From Chloroflexia bacterium (GTDB lineage: Bacteria > Chloroflexota > Chloroflexia > Thermomicrobiales > CFX8), in the NCBI GenBank assembly GCA_030431755.1, contig JAUIIK010000005.1, positions 2,801 to 66,800 on the forward strand: 64,000 bases of DNA, in the 5' to 3' direction. This document shows positions 27,155 to 34,571 of the stretch, in pieces. The translations under genes were made by a program, and so were the position numbers. Numbering within the stretch: the stretch's first letter is position 1; every line of letters starts with the position of its first letter. The notes beneath the pieces are model-generated. The model had not been told where the DNA came from. It made no database searches and saw only the letters and a program-made list of their open reading frames with translations.

Positions 27155-28417
27155 TTGTCGCAGCATGACCATCCTGGGCTCTGGCGTCACCGGGATTTCC
27201 TCAAACTTTGGTCCGGGCAGACGCTGTCGCTCTTTGGTGATCAGATTTCTCTCGTCGCGATCCCACTCCTCGCCGTCGTTAGCCTTGACGCCAGCGCATT
27301 CCAAATGGGACTGCTCATCGCCGTGAACCGTGCGCCGCTGTTGATCTTCGGGCTCTTGGCCGGCGCCTGGGTGGACCGCGTGCGCCGGGCGCCGTTGCTG
27401 ATCGGACTTGACATTGGCCGTGCAGCGCTGCTGGGAGTCATCCCGCTCTGCTGGGTATTCGACGCGCTCAGCATGCCGGTACTCTATCTTTCGACGTTCC
27501 TCATTGGCGCGCTCAGCGTCTTCTTCAACATTGCCCACACATCCTACGTGCCGAGCCTCGTTCCACGCGGTCAGTTGATCGACGCAAACAGCAAACTTGC
27601 GACGACCCGCTCGATCTCGCAAATTGCTGGACCCGGCATCGCGGGCGGCCTCGTGCAGTTTCTAACCGCGCCGTTTGCGCTCGTCATTGATTCGATTTCA
27701 TTCCTTCTGTCAGCCGTCTTTCTCTGGCGCATCTCGGAGCGAGAAGTCGAACCGTCCAAGCTCGGTAATGCAGGAGCGGCTATCGCAAGCATTCGACATG
27801 ACGTCACCACAGGCATTCGTTTCGTCATGGACCAACCAATCGTGCGCGCCAGTGCCGCCAGCGCCAGTACCTACAACTTCTTCAATACGATGCTGGTCGC
27901 GGTCTATATCTTGTTCCTGAGTCGCGACCTCGACCTGAGTCCGGCGGCAATCGGCGTCATTCTCGCGGCAGTTGGCCCCGGAGGGTTGATTGGCTCCCTG
28001 ATCGCCAGCCGGCTTGCTGTGTCTTATGGAGTTGGCCGCATCGTCTGCGCTGGCCTACTGCTGGCTGGCGCGGCTAATCTGCTAATTCCGTTTGTCTTCG
28101 GTCCGGCAACGGTAGTCATTGCAATTCTTCTTATCGCAGGGTTTCTCAACGGGCTTGGACAGCCTCTCTACAACGTCAACCAGTTGAGCCTGCGCCAGGC
28201 TGTGACGCCCTTAACAATGCTTGGCCGTATGAGCGCTACGAATCAGGTGTTCGTTGGCGGTCCGGCAGTGCTTGCGGCAGTGCTCGGCGGAATTCTCGGC
28301 GAGATCATCGGTGCACGCGGCGTCATGCTGGTTGGGGCGTGCGGGACGATTCTCGCAGCGGGCTGGGTCATCTTCTCACCGGTGCGTCAACTCAAAGCCA
28401 TTCCGGTGAATCCTTAA
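27155..28417 (+). CDS. MFS transporter (EntS/MFS_3-like)
   Basis: WRHRDFLKLWSGQTLSLFGDQ start typical of this subfamily, with about 12 TM segments. TTG start. Confidence 0.75.
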   Translation: MSQHDHPGLWRHRDFLKLWSGQTLSLFGDQISLVAIPLLAVVSLDASAFQMGLLIAVNRAPLLIFGLLAGAWVDRVRRAPLLIGLDIGRAALLGVIPLCWVFDALSMPVLYLSTFLIGALSVFFNIAHTSYVPSLVPRGQLIDANSKLATTRSISQIAGPGIAGGLVQFLTAPFALVIDSISFLLSAVFLWRISEREVEPSKLGNAGAAIASIRHDVTTGIRFVMDQPIVRASAASASTYNFFNTMLVAVYILFLSRDLDLSPAAIGVILAAVGPGGLIGSLIASRLAVSYGVGRIVCAGLLLAGAANLLIPFVFGPATVVIAILLIAGFLNGLGQPLYNVNQLSLRQAVTPLTMLGRMSATNQVFVGGPAVLAAVLGGILGEIIGARGVMLVGACGTILAAGWVIFSPVRQLKAIPVNP

Positions 28418-28428
28418 TAGCAGCCCCG

Positions 28429-29973
28429 CTACTGAGACGGCGATCCCAGCAACCGATAGTAGCCGGCCTCGCCGGACGCCATGAAGGTGACGGAGCCGTC
28501 ACCGGAGACGGCGTAGTTGACGTCGTTTGAGAGCGCCACGAACCCGAGCGGGTCCTGGCTGGTGATCCGGGCCGCAGCGACGGTGCCTGGTGGGATTGCG
28601 TCCCAGGAAGGGAAGTAGACGAAGTTGTTGCCGCCGGCCGGCAGCGTCAACAGGAAGGGTTGCTCCAGCACGCTCTGGCCGGTGTTCGTGATGAGCTGGA
28701 TCTCGACCGTCTGCGGATTGTCCGGGTTCATGTTCTGGATGTTGATCCCGGAGTTGTCGTGCCGCCCGTTGAGCGGGTCTTCCCGGAAGGTGACCGGGAT
28801 CGCGGCGTCGACCTGGCCAACGCTGCTGGCGATGTATGAGATCGCCTCGACGGTCTCGTACTTGACCTCGTCGATGGCCGCCGTGATTGGTTGGTTGCTC
28901 TCGATCATCGCACTGCCAACGAAACCCTCTTCGTCGACGTTGTTCGGCGTATAGATGTAGCGCATGGTGTGCGGCGGCAATTGCAGTTCGACCTCGCGCG
29001 CCAGCCCGCCGGCAACCTCGAAGTAGCGGATCGTGATGTCGGCCTGCTCATCGCCGAGATTGGCGAGATTGATGCCGGTGTTCCAACCGTTGTAGGCGGT
29101 GAAGAGCAACGGCGCAGCGAGCAGGTACTGGTCAGCCTCCGGCTCGGGCACGCCGCTCGTCGCCATGTTGGTGATCGCCATCCGGGCCGCTGGCTTGGAG
29201 CGCAGCGTATACGCCCCAATCGGGCCGTCGCCGACGATCTGGACAAATCCGACCCAGCCCTCAGTCCCAACCTCTTCGAGCACGTCGATAGCCGCGCTGA
29301 CACCCGGCGCGAGCGTGCGCTCGACCTCGGCGACCGCGCCTGACTCGCCCGAGATGTTGTCGGCGGAGTAGAAGCGCAGCCTGACGTCAGCGCCGCCCGT
29401 CTGCTTGAAATTCGTGACCCTGATAACCGAGTTCCAGTCGGAGTTTGTCTGGACGATCGGCAGATACCAGATTGAGCTACCGTCCGCTGACTCAGCGGCC
29501 CGGACGTCTGAGCTTGACAGTCCCGTATAGCCGGACACGGTGGTCGCGCCGTCGCTCCACGGCGACCGGCGGCTGTCCGGCGTCACCATCTTCAGGCTCG
29601 CAGTAACTGGACAGAACGCCTCCAGCCTGACCGGCGCGCCAGGCGACGGAATGGCCAACGAGTTTGCGGAGATCGTCCGCGACGACCCGGCTGCAACTGA
29701 GAGTTGCGCGACCTTCAGCCACGACCCGGTCCGGCCGATGTAGATCGACACGGCACACGTCTGATCGTCGAGGTTCTGGAACGAGAGCTTGCCGTACCAG
29801 GGGCCGAGCGAATTGACCTCTTCACCGTTGGGAACCCAGGGGAAGAAGAACTCCTGCGGCTCATCCGGCATGCCGGCGGAGGCTGGAGCGACCGCGCCAA
29901 AGACCCCGGACACAAGGACAACGAGGACGCTCAGGAACCTGGCGGGCCTCCGGCGGTCGGTGAACCGGGACAT
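28429..29973 (-). CDS. secreted hypothetical protein built from four divergent repeats of about 110 aa
   Basis: Signal peptide (RRRPARFLSVLVVLVSGVFGAVAPASA). Four modules each begin with (F/Y/L)xP(W/I/L)V-like strands followed by an I/L-x-N-x motif. Confidence 0.55.
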   Translation of the reverse strand: MSRFTDRRRPARFLSVLVVLVSGVFGAVAPASAGMPDEPQEFFFPWVPNGEEVNSLGPWYGKLSFQNLDDQTCAVSIYIGRTGSWLKVAQLSVAAGSSRTISANSLAIPSPGAPVRLEAFCPVTASLKMVTPDSRRSPWSDGATTVSGYTGLSSSDVRAAESADGSSIWYLPIVQTNSDWNSVIRVTNFKQTGGADVRLRFYSADNISGESGAVAEVERTLAPGVSAAIDVLEEVGTEGWVGFVQIVGDGPIGAYTLRSKPAARMAITNMATSGVPEPEADQYLLAAPLLFTAYNGWNTGINLANLGDEQADITIRYFEVAGGLAREVELQLPPHTMRYIYTPNNVDEEGFVGSAMIESNQPITAAIDEVKYETVEAISYIASSVGQVDAAIPVTFREDPLNGRHDNSGINIQNMNPDNPQTVEIQLITNTGQSVLEQPFLLTLPAGGNNFVYFPSWDAIPPGTVAAARITSQDPLGFVALSNDVNYAVSGDGSVTFMASGEAGYYRLLGSPSQ

Positions 29974-30069
29974 TACGCAGGTCGCTTCAGGTTCATGTGC
30001 CCCACCCTGTTTGTACGGCAGTCGCTGTAGCGGAGATGATACCGCAGTCCCGCGCGCTGCCGTCGCCGG

Positions 30070-30726
30070 CTACTCGCCGTCGAGCGCCGCCCCAAAGCGG
30101 CGTTCCGCGCGCTCCAGCGCGTCGGCCAGCTTCTGCTGCTGTAGCGCGACCGTCAGATCGCCACGTGTGCGCTCGAGGACGCCGCGCGCCATGTCCGTCG
30201 ACCGGCGCAACCCGCCGGTGACCGCGTCCGGATAATCTACGGTAACGAGCAGGCTATAGATGTCATCCATCACGCCCAGGGTCTCCTCTGCGCGTTCCAG
30301 GTCGCCACGGCGCATCGCATCCAGCGCGTGCCGGCGCAACTCCCCGGCGCACTCCGCTAGGCCGTTGAGATAGACGGCATCCTCGACGCCCAACGCCTCG
30401 GGATCCGCCAGCGGCCGCCCGGCGAGCAAGGCCAGCGTCAGATTCGCCTCGGCGAACTCCTTCTGCGCGTCGCGGACATAGCCGGACCAGTAGATCGACG
30501 GGAAGCCTTCCAGCTCCGCCGTCAGGTCGACGAGCATCCCTCGGGCGCGGGCGATCAGTTCGCCGGACTCGTCGAAGTCGCTGCGGTGCGCCGCGCGGAT
30601 GCTGTTCGCGCTGAGCCGGACGATCTGGCGGGTTTCCGCCAACGCCCGTTCCCTTGCTGCATTAATCCCGTCGAGGTTGTTCAGGATACGTTCACCATAG
30701 GCATTCAGATGTGAGGCGATGGACAT
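30070..30726 (-). CDS. translin family protein
   Basis: 218 aa from the ATG at 30726. All-helical, with a YLNGLAECAGELRR block resembling the translin YL.GL.D..GEL.R motif. Confidence 0.6.
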   Translation of the reverse strand: MSIASHLNAYGERILNNLDGINAARERALAETRQIVRLSANSIRAAHRSDFDESGELIARARGMLVDLTAELEGFPSIYWSGYVRDAQKEFAEANLTLALLAGRPLADPEALGVEDAVYLNGLAECAGELRRHALDAMRRGDLERAEETLGVMDDIYSLLVTVDYPDAVTGGLRRSTDMARGVLERTRGDLTVALQQQKLADALERAERRFGAALDGE

Positions 30727-31106
30727 GTTTGTTCGTTCTCCAGACCAGGCAGAGTCTCTGGAGCCACCGAGACCCGGCCAGCTTTGCGCAAAACGCAGAC
30801 GTTTCGCTACGGAACTGACGCTGTGGCCACACGGCAACGACCAGAGCGGCCAGAATTGACGAAGCGGCGACGCGCTGGTACGCTAGCGACGTGCAGTCAA
30901 CAGCATCGGCGACTTGTCTATGTTGACACACAGGCTATGATTGGGAGTAGTAGGTTCCGGGACAGCGAGCCGCCGGTTGGTGCGAGGCGGTATCAAAGGG
31001 ACCGAACTCGCCCGGGAGCCGTGGATGTGAGCCCAGCCGGGCAGCATCCGCCGGAGTGCCACCGTTAGCGGGCAAATGAAGCGGGTCAGACCGCGCGACA
31101 GACCAC

Positions 31107-31182
31107 GGGGCTGTAGCTCAGCTGGGAGAGCGCAACACTGGCAGTGTTGAGGTCAGGGGTTCGAGCCCCCTCAGCTCCACCA
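31107..31182 (+). tRNA. tRNA-Ala (anticodon GGC), CCA encoded
   Basis: Hand-folded full cloverleaf: 7-bp acceptor stem with G3:U70, D stem GCUC/GAGC, anticodon loop CUGGCAG, T arm AGGGG-UUCGAGC-CCCCU, discriminator A, CCA at 31180-82. Confidence 0.9.
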
Positions 31183-31227
31183 CAATCCCTGTCGCACACC
31201 GGCTGACCAAGCAGGGTGGTACCGCGG

Positions 31228-31266
31228 AACCTTTCGTCCCTGATCGGACGGAAGGTTTTTCTTTTA
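31228..31266 (+). terminator. intrinsic terminator of the T-box leader
   Basis: 12-bp stem AACCUUUCGUCC / GGACGGAAGGUU (one G.U pair), loop CUGAUC, followed by UUUUUCUUUU. Confidence 0.85.
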
Positions 31267-31267
31267 A

Positions 31268-31405
31268 GTTTGTAGTTCGTAGGTTGCAGTTTGTAGGAAA
31301 TCCTGCCGGTACTTCTCCCCTCTCCCAGCATTGGGAGAGGGGCCGGGGGTGAGGGACTTCCCTCGCTCTTCCTACAAACGACAACCTACGAACCACAAAC
31401 TCACC
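31268..31405. repeat. composite repeat family A element (32-bp inverted arms around a GC-rich core) inserted in the leuS 5' UTR
   Basis: Arms are GTTTGTAGTTCGTAGGTTGCAGTTTGTAGGAA (31268-99) and its near-complement (31369-31400). The core has an 11-bp hairpin CCCCTCTCCCA/TGGGAGAGGGG and a GGGGGTGAGGG box that is also seen at 55913-24. Confidence 0.8.
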
Positions 31406-31437
31406 AGACGAACTCACTGAACTGAAAGGAATGCTCA

Positions 31438-34221
31438 ATGGTCGTCAGCGAAAAAGCAGCCAGCCAGAGCGAACGTTACAATCCCGACGCCATCGAGCAG
31501 AAATGGCGCGACCGCTGGGCGGAAGCCAAGCTCTACAAGTGGCGGCCGGAAGAGACCAAGAAGCCCCGCTGGTACGCGATGACGATGTATCCCTACCCGA
31601 GCGGCGACCTGCACATCGGCCACTGGTACGCAATGTCGCCGTCGGACGCCGCCGCCCGCTACAAGCGCATGCAGGGCTACAACGTCTTCTTCCCGATGGG
31701 CTTCGACGCCTTCGGGCTACCGGCCGAGAACGCCGCCATCCGCAACCAGATCCACCCATACAAGTGGACGCTGGCGAATATCGAGAACATGCGCCGCCAG
31801 ATGCGCTCGATGGGCACGATGTTTGACTGGGATCAGGAGGTCGTCACCTGCGACCCTGAGTTCTACAAGTGGAACCAGTGGTTCTTCCTCCAGTTCTATA
31901 AGAACGACTTGGCCGTCCGAAAGGAAGCGCCGGTTTGGTGGTGCCCGCAGTGTCAGACAGTGCTGGCCAACGAGCAGGTCCTCGACGGCGGCTGCGAACG
32001 TTGCGGCACCGAGGTCTACCAGCGCAACATGACCCAGTGGTTCTTCAAGATCACCGACTATGCCGACGAGCTGCTGGACTTCAGCGAGATCGACTGGCCC
32101 GATCCCGTCCGCATCATGCAGACCAACTGGATCGGCCGTTCCGAAGGCGCGAACGTCACCTTCCAGCTGGAGACCGGCGACGAGATCGAAGTCTTCACGA
32201 CACGGCCCGATACGCTCTGGGGCGCAACCTTCATGGTCCTGGCGCCGGAGCACCCGCTGGTCGACAAGCTGACAACGCCAGAACAGCGCGACGAGATCGA
32301 CAAGTACAAGGCCGAGGTTGCGCGGCGGACCGAGATCGCGCGCCAGTCGACCGAAACCGAGAAGACCGGCGTCTTCACCGGCGGCTACGCGACCAACCCG
32401 GTCAACGGCGAGCAGATCCCGGTCTGGATCGCCGACTACGTCCTGATGAGCTACGGAACCGGCGCGATCATGGCGGTCCCGGCTCACGACGAACGCGACT
32501 TCGCCTTCGCGCTGAAGTACGCGCTGCCGGTCGTCCCGGTCATCCGCCGCAACGACGGCCTGACCCGCGCAATGGTGTTGGAGTCGATGCTCGAGGATCG
32601 GCCTTCCTTTGAGGTTGCGATGGTTGAAGGCAATTACGCCTATGACGAGACCGAGGTCGGCTTCGAGATTGCGCTGGGTCCTGAGAAGGTCGACGACTTC
32701 CTGACGCTGGCCAGCAAGCATGCCCGTGACGGCGGCGTCATTGGGTATATCGGCGCTCGCACCGGGGCGGTCTTCCAGGATGAGATCGTCGAGCTGGATT
32801 CGGTCGATGGCGACCGCAAGATCGCCGATTGGGCCGGCACCTGGACGGCAATGGAATTCCTGACCGGCCTGCCCTTCCTGGATGAGATCGCGTTCCACAA
32901 CGAATACGGCACGATGATCAACTCCGGCGAGCTGAGCGGCACATCCGGCGCGGAGGCCGTCGCCACAACCAACGCCTGGCTGGAGGAACGCGGGACCGGC
33001 CGCGCCGCCGTGACCTACCGGCTGCGCGACTGGCTAATCAGCCGCCAACGCTATTGGGGCACGCCGATCCCGATGATCTACTGCGATGAGTGCGGCATCG
33101 TCCCGGTGCCTGAGGAGGATCTGCCGGTGCTGCTGCCGGAGGATGCCGAGTTCAGCCCGACCGGCGAATCGCCGTTGCGGACGCACCCGGACTTCCTGCA
33201 CGTCGAGTGCCCGAACTGTGGCGGCGACGCCCGGCGCGAGATCGACACAATGGACACCTTCGTCGACTCTTCCTGGTATCAGTACCGCTACCTGAGCCCG
33301 CACCTGGACAGCGCGCCTTTCGACAACGACCTGTCCGAGCGCTGGATGCCGGTCGATCAGTACACCGGTGGCCGCGAGCACACGGTCATGCACCTGCTCT
33401 ACACGCGCTTCTGGACCAAAGCAATGCGCGATTGCGGATTGGTGCGCTTCAACGAGCCCTTCAAGCGGCTGGTCAACCAGGGCTTCATCCTGGGCGAGGA
33501 CAGCGAGAAGATGTCCAAGAGCCGCGGCAACGTCGTCGACCCCGATGATCTAGTCGACTCGCTCGGCGCGGACACCGTCCGCCTCTTCCTGATGTTCATG
33601 CGGCCGTGGGACATGACCGGCCCCTGGGACAATCAGGGCGTCACCGGTGTGCGTCGCTTCCTGGACCGCGCCTGGTCGGTCGTCGTCGATACCGTCGACA
33701 ACACGGCAGACGGGGCCGCCTCGCCCGATAACGTGCGGAGCCTGCAGCGGCTGACCCACCAAACCCTGCGCGAGGTGACGAAGGATGTCGAGGCCTTCAG
33801 CTGGAACACGATGGTCGCCAAGCTGATGGAGTTCGTCAACGAGCTGATGAAGCTGAAGGATGAGCCCATCGCCGGCAGCGACGCCTGGAAGGAAGCGACA
33901 AAGACGCTGACGCTGATGCTGGCGCCCTCCGCTCCGCACATCGCCGAGGAGCTGTGGGCGCGCCAGGGCTTCGAGTTCAGCATCCACGACCAGCGCTGGC
34001 CGGAGTACGACGAAGAGCTGGCCGCCGACGACGTCATCGAGATCCCGGTCCAGGTCAATGGCAAGGTCCGCGGCCGCATCACGATCCCGGCCGGCGCAGA
34101 TTCCGCCGCCGCCATCGCCGCTGCGGGCGCCGACGAGAACGTCGCCCGCTACCTGGCCGACGGCGCAATTGCCAAGGAGATCTACGTCCCCGGCCGCCTG
34201 GTCAACTTCGTCGTGCGATAG
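31438..34221 (+). CDS. leuS: leucine--tRNA ligase
   Basis: 927 aa with HIGH-type motif (GDLHIGH), KMSKS, the CP1 editing domain (TTRPDTLWGATF, AVPAHDERD), and an extra segment of about 100 aa after the editing domain. Confidence 0.95.
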   Translation: MVVSEKAASQSERYNPDAIEQKWRDRWAEAKLYKWRPEETKKPRWYAMTMYPYPSGDLHIGHWYAMSPSDAAARYKRMQGYNVFFPMGFDAFGLPAENAAIRNQIHPYKWTLANIENMRRQMRSMGTMFDWDQEVVTCDPEFYKWNQWFFLQFYKNDLAVRKEAPVWWCPQCQTVLANEQVLDGGCERCGTEVYQRNMTQWFFKITDYADELLDFSEIDWPDPVRIMQTNWIGRSEGANVTFQLETGDEIEVFTTRPDTLWGATFMVLAPEHPLVDKLTTPEQRDEIDKYKAEVARRTEIARQSTETEKTGVFTGGYATNPVNGEQIPVWIADYVLMSYGTGAIMAVPAHDERDFAFALKYALPVVPVIRRNDGLTRAMVLESMLEDRPSFEVAMVEGNYAYDETEVGFEIALGPEKVDDFLTLASKHARDGGVIGYIGARTGAVFQDEIVELDSVDGDRKIADWAGTWTAMEFLTGLPFLDEIAFHNEYGTMINSGELSGTSGAEAVATTNAWLEERGTGRAAVTYRLRDWLISRQRYWGTPIPMIYCDECGIVPVPEEDLPVLLPEDAEFSPTGESPLRTHPDFLHVECPNCGGDARREIDTMDTFVDSSWYQYRYLSPHLDSAPFDNDLSERWMPVDQYTGGREHTVMHLLYTRFWTKAMRDCGLVRFNEPFKRLVNQGFILGEDSEKMSKSRGNVVDPDDLVDSLGADTVRLFLMFMRPWDMTGPWDNQGVTGVRRFLDRAWSVVVDTVDNTADGAASPDNVRSLQRLTHQTLREVTKDVEAFSWNTMVAKLMEFVNELMKLKDEPIAGSDAWKEATKTLTLMLAPSAPHIAEELWARQGFEFSIHDQRWPEYDEELAADDVIEIPVQVNGKVRGRITIPAGADSAAAIAAAGADENVARYLADGAIAKEIYVPGRLVNFVVR

Positions 34222-34229
34222 TCTGAGGT

Positions 34230-34266
34230 TCCCTCCCGCGATGTCCAGGTCGGACCGTGGGAGGGA
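34230..34266 (+). terminator. hairpin 9 nt after the leuS stop (possible terminator, no U-tract)
   Basis: 11-bp stem UCCCUCCCGCG / CGUGGGAGGGA (one G.U pair) with a 15-nt loop. Confidence 0.4.
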
Positions 34267-34571
34267 GCGCCACTCACATGCCAACAACGGGCATCGGGGT
34301 CAGTGACTGCCGACGTCAAAGTCGCCTATCGCTGTTGAGAGAAACCAGCGGTCATGGCGTCGGCGAGCCATGTCCGACTGGCGATCAGGGCGCTGGCCGA
34401 AGCATGGCAGCGGGCCCCCCCTCGCGTGAGAACGCTCCCACGCAACGGGGTTTCCGCGAACTCGAAGGCTCTTGATCGACCTCAGCCATGCACACAGAAG
34501 ACTCGCTACAGCATGGCCGCGGCGAACGACAGATCGCACCGCTCACGCCGGGACCTCTGGCTTGCGTCGTC

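Larger units (their letters stand above)
30933..31266 (+). promoter_or_regulatory. T-box riboswitch leader of leuS (specifier CUC = Leu) with an embedded tRNA gene in the Stem III position
   Basis: K-turn (30933-40 / 31016-20). S-turn AGUA 30946-49 opposite GAA 31004-06. CUC at 31007-09 followed by G. AG bulge AGCGA 30964-68. Distal loop 30975-85. Stem II 31023-49. F-box CCGUUA 31062-67. Perfect T-box AGGGUGGUACCGCG 31213-26. Antiterminator and terminator alternatives. Confidence 0.85.

Noticed and set aside
30914-30941. Promoter boxes for the T-box leader (TTGACA 30923-28, TATGAT 30936-41, TTGTCT 30914-19).
   Set aside because: TTGACA/TATGAT spacing is only 7 nt. TATGAT also overlaps residues that form the K-turn at the Stem I base, so the true TSS must lie further upstream. 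A TTGACG-17-TACGCT pair at 30866-30894 is possible but too weak to call.
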